Source: Eledone cirrhosa (taxonomy: Eukaryota). Taken from it: a DNA stretch of 64,000 nucleotides. How positions within the stretch are numbered: the stretch's first letter is position 1; the number at the start of each line of letters is the position of its first letter. The stretch spans positions 236,158,001 to 236,222,000 of the forward strand of contig OZ024741.1 in the NCBI GenBank assembly GCA_964016885.1, read 5' to 3'. Shown piece by piece: positions 25,901-37,100 of this stretch. The translations under genes were made by a program, and so were the position numbers. A model generated the notes under the pieces. That model saw only the letters and a list, made by a program, of their open reading frames with translations. It did not search any database and was not told the origin of the DNA.

Positions 25901-27888
25901 TTTTCCCTGCTTTATTTTTTAAAATAATTCCTAGCTGTAATTATAAAAAAAATCAATTATATGAATTCATCACAAAATAACGAGATGGAATATGCTACAT
26001 TTGAAAATAACATGGTAGATACTAACCCAGAAGTTTTTTTACGGAGGAACATTCATGAATATGTCCGAATAAGACTGGCCTAGTTACTAGAATTATCTAG
26101 AGTTATCAGAATTATCTATCAAATATTTTAACTCAAACAATAAACCAAGCCATTATGTAATCACACATATCATTAAAAATATAGATATAACAAATTAATA
26201 TATATATTGCATAATCTTTACTTAATTCATAAATATCAATTTCTCGCGTTAATCACAAAACTAACTTTAAATGGGACGGATTTCTTTTCGCAGTGAACGA
26301 TTCACCGCTTCTTATTGTTTCAAGTGGAAGGCTTAGGAGAGACAAAGAAGTCTTCCAGAGTCAGTTATTCCACTATTCCTCCCCTTTCCTCCTTCTTATA
26401 CCCTACTAATACTCCTTCTTAATCCCCCTCTCTCTCTCGATGTAGTATTACTCTTCCTCTGCAATATTATAGAAGAAGGTAGGAGGAGAAAGATATAGAA
26501 GACGTTAGAAAAATGTGGGAACGGAATTTTGAAAATAAATACTGAGCGTTATACAGCATGTACATGTATGGTGTATATCATTCAGTAAATATATATATAT
26601 TCATTTTATTAAGGCTATTTAGCCTTAGTCAGTCTTGTTACTCTGGGTCATCGGACGGATATATATCCATCTATATTTATATATATATACACACACACGT
26701 ATATATGGCTTACGTACATGCATACATAGAACGATCTAATATTGACTGAATGAGCGCTCAATATATATTTTCGAAGAAAAAGGTAGCAAGTTTTAATGTT
26801 AGTTCCAATTTAGAAACAAGGTCAGCAATTTTGGTGTGTATGGTCAATTAAATCGTCTCAGTACTTAATACTATCAACCCCCGGGAGGATGAAAGACAAA
26901 GTTGACATCGCCGAGATTTGAACTCAGAACGTGAGGGGCTGGAATAGATACTGTAAAATATTTTGAACGTCGCTGTGACGATTCTCTATCTGCTTCAGCA
27001 TGTAACTCTAGACTCTTGAGTTATTTAATGTAGCATCACAGTTAATGTATATAAATGCATACACATACACACAAGCTTATATATGCACACACATACACAC
27101 ACACTTGTGTGCCACTCCATCCTCCCTTTCTCTTTATATGTTCACTCTGCCAATCCATTCATCCCTCTCTTTCTCTTTCTGTTTAAGCTTCCAATCGATC
27201 CTTTCCATCCCCTCTATTTCCATTACTCCACCCCACTCGCCCCCCGCATTGACAGCCATAATGACCATGTAACAGAGCAATTAGAAGCTAAACTCAGAAG
27301 TAATTCTCTCCAAATGCTCCCTGCTTCCCTTTACAAAAAACCTCAGCCACAGAAAGAGTAGTTTGTCTTCTGCTAAGTGGCTCTGACATGTCCAGTAGCA
27401 TTTAGGTGCTGGCTGCAATTTTGTCAGTAAAGCCTGAAGAATCTGAATCTTCAACATTGCAAGGTATATAGGTTGTTGTTTAACCCCAGTCCAACTATTA
27501 TTAAAGCTGTCAATGCATCCATGATATTATCCAATGTGTGCTTCTTTTTTGCACAAGATACTAAGATGCGTTTTGAGGGGAATTTGGCCACAATTTTTAG
27601 CTGGCTAAGCAATTATGTGTTGGCTCTCTGGTTGACTGTGTACTGAGAGGGCAAATAAACTTGTGTAACCAAGCAGACACCCATATATTATAATTATGTA
27701 TATTTTATGGGTATGTATCTTTATATAAATACATATTGATATACTTTTATGTGTGATGTGTGTGTATATATATATATATATAAGACCCTCTTCCTTCTAT
27801 ATCAAGCGTTAACGTAATATATCCCTTCAATATACTGTACCGATTGGGTTGTTATTTCTGTTTACCTTTTACATACATATATATATAT

Positions 27889-27890
<2 letters not shown>

Positions 27891-27920
<30 letters not shown>

Positions 27921-28270
27921 TTTACGTCCGCTTTTCCCTGCTTGCAAGGGTGGGACGGGTCTTATTCAGCACAGCATCTCTCCACTCGTCACGGTCCCTC
28001 GTCATCTCCACCGTGAGCTTCAATGATCTGAGGTCTGTTCTCACCACCTCCGCCCATGTTTTTCGTGGTCTACCTCTACCACGTCTTCCTTCAACTGGCA
28101 ATTCCTGGCACTTCTTCACCCATCGGTCATCCTCCATGCGCATCACATGTCCATACCACCTCAGTCTCCTCTCCCGTACACTACATTCTATCCCTCTCAG
28201 ACACAGTTTCTCTCTCAACACATTTATGCTGGGTCGTTCACGCACATTTACACTGCATATCCAACGGAGC
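27891..28270 (-). mobile_element. 5'-truncated RTE (family B) 3' end
   Basis: Encodes RRLRWYGHVMRMED...RGRGRPRKTW. Its (GAT)n tail abuts (TA)n. Confidence 0.9.
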
Positions 28271-28280
28271 ATATAGATAT

Positions 28281-30240
28281 GTTTCTTTATTAGCCACAGG
28301 GGCACAAAAGAAGGGGACAAATACAAAGGGGGAAGTTTACATACAATAAAAACGTGTAAAATACTATCCAAATGCAATTTAAAAATTAGTCGATTTTCCC
28401 CAATAGGGGGAAACATTACATATGGGTAACACATACCCCTGAAAAAATGTGCAACCCTCATCTCCAGGAGTACGAAGAATTTGTACCCCTTTCCTCTCTT
28501 CCGCTTTTTGCTCAACCTACAGGCTGATATAGAGAGAAGGCCCATTCACTCGGGCCATTCTCGCCACTTTCACCCACCTTTCATAAAACTTGCTGGGGTA
28601 CAGCACCTCTCTCTCCCTCCTGATTCTTCTTCCAAAGTGGTATTTGAAAAAAAGAATCAGTTGTTGGCCGGAGAGAAAAGTGTCTGACCTCAGCCCTTTT
28701 AACCTCGTCCACTATACAACCTCTTTCGCCATAGCTATCACACAGAGGAAAACCGCCTATCCTTCGTTTTTGAAGGAGGGTGGCGGTTTGATCATGACAA
28801 TAGACTCGGTGGTCAACCGGATTGGTCCCATCTGCGACAATAGTCGTTTTACATAGCCCCACAGGTCGGTAACGCCCGGGCAGTGGACGAATGCGTGCGC
28901 AACGGTTTCTTCGTCTCACACGCATCTCGGACAGATCTTTTTCGAAGGGTCCCTGTCCGGGTGCCCGTGTCTGTAGAGCTTGTCTCGAACTGGTAAAGAT
29001 CCTCGGTAGCACTGCCAGGCCAGGGACTTTTGGAAGTTGTACATCGATCCCGGGCGGAAGGTCCTACCGAACAGACTGGCCAGTTCGTTTTCCTCTACGC
29101 CTAGAGTTTCTCCGAGCGCGTCGTCGCATTTGCTGCGGACCAACCTTCTATAGAATGATGAAGTGGAGTCTCCACTGATCGCCGGGTCCGCCTGCCAGAC
29201 GGCTGTGAGTGCCTGAGCACATTCAATGTGCCAGTCGCCCATTTTCCTCGGTCTTTGCTTGACCCAGGACTGCAGCTTGGTCAGCGAGACGAGTCGTGGG
29301 AAGGCCCGCCTCACGAACGGGGCCCACACCGGTTGTCCGGTGAGGAATACGTAGAGATGCCGCAGCCTGAGCGTGTGTTTGCGCATCGTCGGCCACGGCA
29401 TACCCAGCCCTCCGTTGGAAGGGTGTTGGCAGCAGATGGATCTTCTCACCAAAGGAGCCTGCTTCTTCCAAAGGAATTGGAAGAGCACGCGTGAGCGTTT
29501 TGGCTGGACAAGGCACGACGGTCAAGCGGTAGTAGATGGCGGACGCTATAAAAGTGTTCGCCACCTCCACTCGACTTCTCAAGGATAGTTTGCACTCGGC
29601 CCACTTCTGGGTGAATGCAAACACCTTGGCCGTCACCTCGTTCCAGTTCTTCTCCACCTGGAGGTTCAGACCAAACCAGACTCCGAGCAACTTCACCGGT
29701 CCTTCCGTCCAACATCCGACGACGCCATCGGAAGGCATCTGTTTGCCTCTCCACGATCTGAGCTGCAAACCAATGGACTTGTCTCGGTTCAGCTTCGCTC
29801 GTGTGAAGCTTTTGTATTTCTTCAGTAAGGTGCCGACTTCCTCGATTTGCGAGGTGCTGGACACCATTATTGTCACGTCGTCGGCATAGGCCGACACCGC
29901 TTTCTGCAGTCCCGGTTCCAGGGGGATGCCCTGCAATATCTCCAATTTCTGCAGTAGTGGCTCGAGAGTCAGTACGTACAGAAGGGAGGAGAGAAGGCAT
30001 CCCTGTCGAATGGATCGCGTGATATGGAATGGCTCCGAGAGGTAGACGTTCACCTTGACCCTTGAGCAGATGTTGCTGCTGTGCATTGCAGCAATCCAGC
30101 CCCTGAACACGGGTCCGAAGCCTGCCGCCTCGAGCAACACATCCAGGTAACGATGGTCAACCCTATCGAAAGCCTTAGACTGATCCAAGTTGATCAGGGC
30201 CCCACCGAAGCCGGGTTTGCACCCTACACTCTCTACGATG
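28281..30240 (-). mobile_element. 5'-truncated L1/Tx1-like non-LTR retrotransposon (RT + C-terminal Cys/His motif), pseudogenised
   Basis: Motifs DQSKAFDRVDH, RQGCLLS, LEPLL and AYADDV. The C-terminus reads CPRCV*DEETVAHAFVHC. The 3' end is AATAAAGAAAC, the body is GC-rich and the flanks are TA-rich. Confidence 0.88.
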
Positions 30241-30457
30241 TATATATATATATATATAGATAGATATATAGATAGATTAAGAAGACTCCAAAGTCAGTGT
30301 TGCAGCATAGGTACAAACTTAATTGACATATTACAATTGTTTCGATATGGATCAGCTCAGGGTGCAATCAAGATGACAGGGCTCTACTCTATTTTAACAT
30401 CACATCTGATTTGCAAGTTTTAACATTACATCTGATATGCAAGTTTATATATATATA

Positions 30458-30781
30458 TCATCATCATCATCATCATTTTACGTCTGCTTTTCCCTGCTTG
30501 CAAGGGTGGGACAGGTCCTATTCAGCACAGCATCTCTCCACTTGTCACGGTCCTTCGTCATCTCCACCATAAGCTTCAGCGATCTGAGGTCTGCTCTCAC
30601 CACCTCCGCCCATGTTTTTCGTGGTCTTCCTCTACTACGTCTTCCTTCAACTGGCATTTCTTAGCACTTCTTTACCCATCGGTCATCCTCCATGTGCATC
30701 ACATGTCCATACCATCGCAGTCTTCTCTCCCGTACACTACAACTTATCCCTCTTAAACACAGTTTCTCTCTCAACACATCC
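30458..30781 (-). mobile_element. 5'-truncated RTE (family B) 3' end
   Basis: Close similarity to 27891-28220, with a (GAT)n tail next to (TA)n. Confidence 0.9.
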
Positions 30782-30797
30782 ATATATATATATATAT

Positions 30798-33700
30798 CAT
30801 CATCATCATCATCACCGTTTTACGTCCGTTCTTCCACGCTAGCATGGGTTAGACGGGTTGTCCTGCTGTGTGCAGTGTCTGGTCGGCTGACCATGCCTTG
30901 CTCATACAGGAACTGATCTGGCTTGATTTCTATAGCTGGATGCCCTTCCTAACACCAACCTCATTTACAGTGAGTGCTGGGTGCTTTTTCGTGGCGCCTA
31001 CACGTCCACTTTACAGTGTGGGCTGGGTTCTTTTTTGCCGTGGCACCTCCACGACCACCTTGCGGTGGGGGGTGTGGGGGCATATTGTTTATATGCTTCA
31101 GCATGTACCCATGGGAGGTCGGGTACTCTGTATTACTGCGTGACGCCAGAAGTCACGGTCGTGTGTCATTGACTTTGAGAGGTGTAATTGGGTAAGGTCG
31201 GCTTTTATCACCTCATCCCAGGTCATCTTGGGTCTCCCCACTCCGCGGTTTCCATCAACTTCTAGTGCTCTGCACCTTTTTATGCAGCTGTCATCCTTCA
31301 TACGCATCACATGTCCATACCAGCGCAACCGCCTCTCCTGCACACAGTATTTGATTCCTCTTATGCTCAGTCTCTCTCTCAATTCATTTATGCTTTGTCG
31401 TTCACGTATATTACTGTTACACATCCATCGGAGCATGCAGGCTTCGTTTCTCTCTAATCTACGTAAGTCTTCCACCTTCAGCGCCCAGGTCTCACTACCA
31501 TGCAACATCGCTGTTCGGATACACGCATCATACAGTCTGCCTTTCATTCTGAGGGAGAAGCCTTTTGCAGCTAGCAGTGAAGTAATTCCCTAAACTTCTT
31601 CCATCCCGTTCTTACCCTAGTTATTGTACTTTCTGAACACCCACCTCCGTTGCTAATTCGGTCACCTAGGTAGCAGAAGCTGTCTACTGTTTCTACAGGG
31701 CCCTCCCAGAGATTGGTGGTACTTGTTTCCTGTGGCTGTTTGCTGCTTGCTGTTTCAGCACAGCTGCTGCATGTGAATCCTACATTCTTAATTAAGCTTC
31801 CTGAGATCCCGCTACATCTCTTGTGTACCCATTGTTTGCATTTGGGGCAGAGAATGGAGTTCCTACCTACACCTTTCCTACATACTGAGCAAGGCCATTT
31901 CCCTGAGGGGATCTGGGTTCTGTTTTCTCGTCTACTTACAAGGACCTTAGTCTTTGTCATGTTGACTTTGAGACCCTTTCTTTCTAGTCCCTGCTTCCAG
32001 GTTTGGAATTTATTCTCTAGTTCTACCATAGATTCAGCTATGAGTGCGAGGTCATCAGCATACAGGAGTTCCCATGGGCATCCGGTCTTAAACTCCTCCG
32101 TTATTGCCTGCAGGACTATGATGAACAGGAGAGGGCTAAGAACAGAGCCCTGGTGGACCCCAACCTGTACGCTAAATTCCTCGCTATACTCATTGCTAAT
32201 CCTAACTTTGCTGACTGCTCCCCTATACATGGCTTGTACCGCTTTCACAAGCCATTCATCTACTCCTAGTTTTCTAAGAGCCCACCAGATTACAACACGT
32301 GGAACTCTGTCAAAGGCTTTCTCAAGGTCGACAAATGCCAAGTAGAGTGGCTTACTTTTAGCTAGGTACTTTTCCTGTAATTGCCTCACAAGGAAGAGGG
32401 CATCAGTGGTGCCTCTTCCTGGTACAAACCCAAATTGCATCTCGTCTATTTTCACCCGGTCCCTAATCAGCTGTGCTATAACTCTTTCTGTTACTTTCAT
32501 GACCTGGTCCATCAACTTTATACCTCTATAGTTTCCTCTATCTAGTGCATCGCCTTTACCTTTGTAGCAGTTGACAATGATGCTACTGCACCAATCTTTT
32601 GGTATGGCCCCTTCTAGTATTACCTGGTTAACGATACGTGTGGTTATACAGTTCCTGTATGAGCAAGGCATGGTCAGCCGACCAGACACTGCACACAGCA
32701 GGACAACCCGTCTAACCCATGCTAGCGTGGAAGAACGGACGTAAAACGGTGACCTACAGACCCAGATGCCTTCAGCATCTCGGCAGCTATACCCGATGGA
32801 CCGGTTGCCTTCCCCATATTCATATCTTTGATTGCCTTACTTACTACGCTGCTGCTGACTTGTACTGCTGGTCCCTCTATAGGGTCTACTTGGGGTAGGG
32901 TCTCTTCTTCCCATGCATTCTCCTCATTTAGTAATCTATCATAATGACTCTTCCATGTATCTTTCTTCTCAGCACTTGTGAGGGCAAGCTCACCTTTATC
33001 ATTCCGGATACACTTCTCTCCAATGACATCACAACTATTTCTGACACACTGCCTCGCAATCTTGAACACCTCCTGTTTCTGGTCCTCACGTTGTAAAACA
33101 TGCTTGAATTTTCTATCCTCTGCTTCCCTCCTAGCTAAGTATACTTGTCGCCTAGCTTCCCTCTTGGTCTCTATGTAATGTACCCTGCTCCCCCCGTTCT
33201 TCCATTCTTTCCATTCCTGTCTCTTGGCCTTAACTGCTTCATCTACCTTATTGTTCCACCACCAAGTCACTCTCCTCCTGCTTGAGGTCTTACTCCAGCC
33301 ACAGACCTCATCCGTCGCCTCTAGTAAATTATTTTTTAGGAACTCCCAGTTCTCTTCTACGTTAAATCTCTATCTGTTCTTCTTTACTGTCGTAGGCGTT
33401 GAGTAAAATATCTTTAAATCTGTTACTGGTTGAGGGGACTTTCAGCTTCCAGATCTTTCTTCTCCAGGTTGGCCTCTGTTTCCGGGTTCGTCTAGTTCTG
33501 ACCGTGAGGTCGCTGACAACTAAGCTATGTTGGGATGTACATTCCTCACTAGGGAAGGCTTTTGTGTTTACGACCGTCCATCTGTCACGTCCTCTGATGA
33601 GGATAAAATCTAACTGACTAGAGTGCTCCCCTGATCTATAGGTGATCAGGTGGTTGTCGGGTTTTTTAAAGTTTGTGTTACATATGGACATGTCATTGGC

Positions 33701-34256
33701 GTCGCAGAATTCTAGAAGTCTGAATCCTTCCTCATTCCTTGTGCCAACTCCATGGCCTCCATGTACTCTATTGAAGCCGTCGCAGTGTTTACCTACGTGT
33801 CCGTTAAAATCTCCTGCAATGATTAGGAAGTCCTTGTCGTCTGTTAGAGCAGTAGTGTGTATTAGGGACTCGTAAAACCTATCCTTAAGTTCGTCTGACA
33901 GCCCCGATTGGGGTGCGTAAGCTGATATTATTGTGGTAATTGTTTTATTCAGGACTAGTCTGAGTTTAATGATTCTTGCATTTACCCTGTACACTGAGAT
34001 TACTTTATCTACCCACTTGTCAGCTAGTAGTATACCTACACCACACATCCCATCGTCATTTCCCACCCAGAAAAATTTGTAGCACCGACTTTTTCCTACC
34101 AGGACTCTGGCAGACTCTCCTCGCCATCTAGTCTCTTGCACACAGCATACGTCAACTTCCTCTCGCTCTAGCATTTCTACGATTTCTCCTGCTCTTCCTT
34201 TCATTGAGCCTATATTGATGGTACCAACTCGGAGTTTTGGGCATTTGTCGACACTC

Positions 34257-34257
<1 letters not shown>
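30798..34257 (-). mobile_element. Near-complete RTE-clade non-LTR retrotransposon (family A; APE endonuclease + RT), disrupted
   Basis: APE motifs VQETRW, SAYAPQ, AGDFNGHVG, LDFIL and SQH. RT motifs FVDLEKAFD, QGSVLSP and LYADD, followed by RTE-type RLRWYGHV. The (GAT)n tail is at 30798-30813. Frameshifts lie near 33370 and 31570 and an insertion at 32649-32752. Both ends abut (TA)n. Confidence 0.95.
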
Positions 34258-34292
<35 letters not shown>

Positions 34293-34300
<8 letters not shown>

Positions 34301-35553
34301 ATACTTGGGGAGGGTCATATTTGTGTAATATTGCCAGAATTAATAACAGAACACACTCACTGTTTGGTTGGTTTTCGCTTCTCGCTGTCTTTTATATCGG
34401 TAATCTAACTTACTCGGTCCTCAATGTTGCCATTGACTGACCGACGGTCAAAAATAATACAGATACAATATAGACACAAACACATATATATAGTTTATCA
34501 TAAATCTTTCGTTGCACATCTGCAACATCGTCAGTGGTGTTATATTTTCCTCCTGTTGTGTTGTATGTCTACGCTATTTTTATTCATAAAATCCCTGATC
34601 AGCAAAACCTACCCTTTTAAGAAAACCCACTGTACCAATAGGAAATGTATCATATGTAAGGTGAACCCCGGATAAACTGTAAAACTAGAAACGTAGTATA
34701 TAGCATAAGATGTACAGAGGGTACTTGCAGAAACATGACAACAACATACATAGGTGAGACAGCTCGTAGCATAGGTGAAAGGATAGACCAACACTGGGGG
34801 GAACTAAAAGGACGAAAAAACAGGTCAGTTCTATACGAACATGCTAGACAACAACATGACGGTAACATAGACAACATGGAAATTAGAATAATATCTAAAC
34901 ATAGAAATGACCCAGCAGATAGGCAAATCAGAGAGGCCAGTGAAATAGAAATTAGAAGACCAAAGCTAAACAGAAAGAATGAATGGAATAACAACAACAC
35001 CCAAACAAACAACACTGACCTAAGAGAAGTATAAATAAGTAAATAAAATAAGATAAATAAATAAATAAATACATACACAAGCACAATAACAACAAGCACA
35101 TAAACACACACTAATCACCCATCACACAGCAAACATAACACTATACACACACGTAAACGCATGCGCAAAGAAGACGAAATAAAATAAATAAATATATAGA
35201 CAGACTGAATAAAAATGGCGTAGACATACAACACAACAGGAGGAAAATATAACACCACTGACGATGTTGCAGATGTGCAACGAAAGATTTATGATAAACT
35301 ATATATATGTGTTTGTGTCTATATTGTTTCTGTATTATTTTTGACCGTCGGTCAGTCAATGGCAATATCGAGGACCGAGTAAGTTAGATTACCGATATAA
35401 AAGACAGCGAGAAGCGAAAACCAACCAAACAGTGAGTGTGTTCCGTTATTAATTCTGGCAATATTACACAAATATGACCCTCCCCAAGTATAACAATATT
35501 TGTTTCGACACACGATTTCATATAAAAAACCTCGCAAAACTAATTCATCGCCG

Positions 35554-35554
<1 letters not shown>
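34293..35554 (+). mobile_element. 5'-truncated Penelope-like element: GIY-YIG endonuclease plus pseudo-LTR, with an inverted pLTR copy at the 5' end
   Basis: 34587-35034 encodes ...C..RNVVYSIRC...C...YIGETARSIGERIDQH...RQIREA...PKLN (frameshift near 34672). 34293-34586 is an inverted copy of 35206-35499. The flanks are (TA)n. Confidence 0.9.
35250..35298 (+). ncRNA. Minimal type I hammerhead-ribozyme-like motif in the Penelope pLTR (mirror copy on minus at about 34494-34542)
   Basis: CTGACGA at 35258-35264, stem II GTTGCA/TGCAAC, GAAA at 35282-35285. Stems I and III are weak. Confidence 0.6.
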
Positions 35555-35598
<44 letters not shown>

Positions 35599-35772
35599 TT
35601 GGTGCTCTGAAATAGCTATATATACATATATACATTCATATATATACATTCATATATATATAGCTATTTCAGAGCACCAATTCTAATTTTCAATTTCTGC
35701 TTGACCGGCAACCGTTCTGTATAATCATTTCCTGATTATTTACTAGAATTCTATAAGAATCAAACATCCATG

Positions 35773-35866
35773 ATTTTCAGCAAACAGGAGGAGTAGTTGG
35801 CTTTGATAAGCATCAAAAAATGCGAAACAGGGCCCTGTCAGCTTTATCTCCCCTGTTTGCTGAAAA
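35773..35866 (+). ncRNA. Degenerate type I hammerhead ribozyme (probably Penelope-derived)
   Basis: Long stem I (TTTTCAGCAAACAGG.../...CCTGTTTGCTGAAAA), core TTGATAA instead of CTGATGA, stem II GCAT/ATGC, then GAAAC-AGGGCCCT-GTC. Confidence 0.7.
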
Positions 35867-35972
35867 TTAAAGTAAGTGAGACTATCACTACTCTAAAACA
35901 ATAGCGTAAGGTCTTCGAAATGCTTTTAATTAAGCATACAGTGTATTGCAAAATACACTATATATACATTCT

Positions 35973-36000
<28 letters not shown>

Positions 36001-36003
<3 letters not shown>

Positions 36004-36444
36004 GGTGTAACAAGTAATTTGGGACAAATTCCAAATGAGTATATTTCTAATTGTTGGAGTCTAAATCTTAAATATTACCAGCTTGAATAATCACTTGTTC
36101 TATTTTTTTTATTTGACATTGAACAAATTATGAATGTTAATAAAAAATTAAACCGTAGAAGTGTAATTGTCAAATTATTCCGCACTGGCAAATATGCTGG
36201 GGAGATTGTTAGGGCCACAAAGTATGGCAAATCTATTGTTTTTAGCGTTGTCTCCAATTTCAAGAAAAGTCAAGATGGTCAGAGAAAGCCACACAGTCTT
36301 TGCAGTGACCGAAAAGGCACACCTCGCTTCTTAGCAGGACTTAAAAGATCGATTGAGTCGAACTCATCAAAATCGATGGCGAAGTGGGCTCAAGATCAAT
36401 GTATCAGTAAAATGATCATTTCTAAGGCTGTGAGACAAGACCTC
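36001..36444 (+). mobile_element. Tc1/mariner-superfamily left end and transposase N-terminus (fragment)
   Basis: (TA)n|CAGGGTG terminus. ORF 36130-36465 resembles the HTH region of a Tc1/maT-type transposase. Confidence 0.6.
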
Positions 36445-37080
36445 CAGAGAAACGAACTAACCTGAAGTTTCTGGTTTGACTGGGAAAAACTCTGCCAGAA
36501 GCACTCAGAATATTGAAGCAAGTGTACAGAGATGAAATGATGTCACACTTATGGGTTTTTGAGTGGCACAAAAGGTTCAAAGAGGGATACAAGGACATGG
36601 AAGATAACTCCAAGAGTATGACTGAGGCCACTGTTGCATGTAAGGCTGGTGGTGAGTGGCGATCTTCAGTTGACTGTCTGACCGATTGCAAGTGAGCTGG
36701 GCATGAACCGTGACAGTGTTTGGAAGATTATCACTGAAGATTTGGGCATGCAGATGATCTGTATGAAGATGGTGCCAATGTTACTGGCTGAGAAGAATAT
36801 CGCAGTGCTGGAGTAATGTCCCTACTCACCCGACCTGGTTCCATGTAATTTATTTTATTTTTCCTAAGCTCAAGGGGACCTGTTTTCCGGACATGGAAGT
36901 CATCAAGAGGGCCATGACGATAGAGCTGCTGAAAGAGAATCCTGGTAGTACATGGAAGTGTAGCGGAGAAGGATGGGAAAGTACAGTAGGCTTGAGGGGA
37001 TTATTTCTAAAGGAAAGATTTGTAGTTTGGATTTGAAATATTTTTTGTGACTACAGTCCTATTTTTTCTGGCACACCTCG
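36445..37080 (+). mobile_element. Internally deleted mariner element
   Basis: Encodes ...LKQVYRDEMMSHLWVFEWHKRFKEG and a PYSPDL motif at about 36819. The right end reads ...CACACCTCG|TA. Confidence 0.85.
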
Positions 37081-37100
37081 TATATATATATATATATATA

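Noticed and set aside
34258-34318. N-terminus MTLPKYNNIYIY of the RTE endonuclease ORF
   Set aside because: It runs through the TA repeat into the Penelope pLTR and is not part of the RTE.
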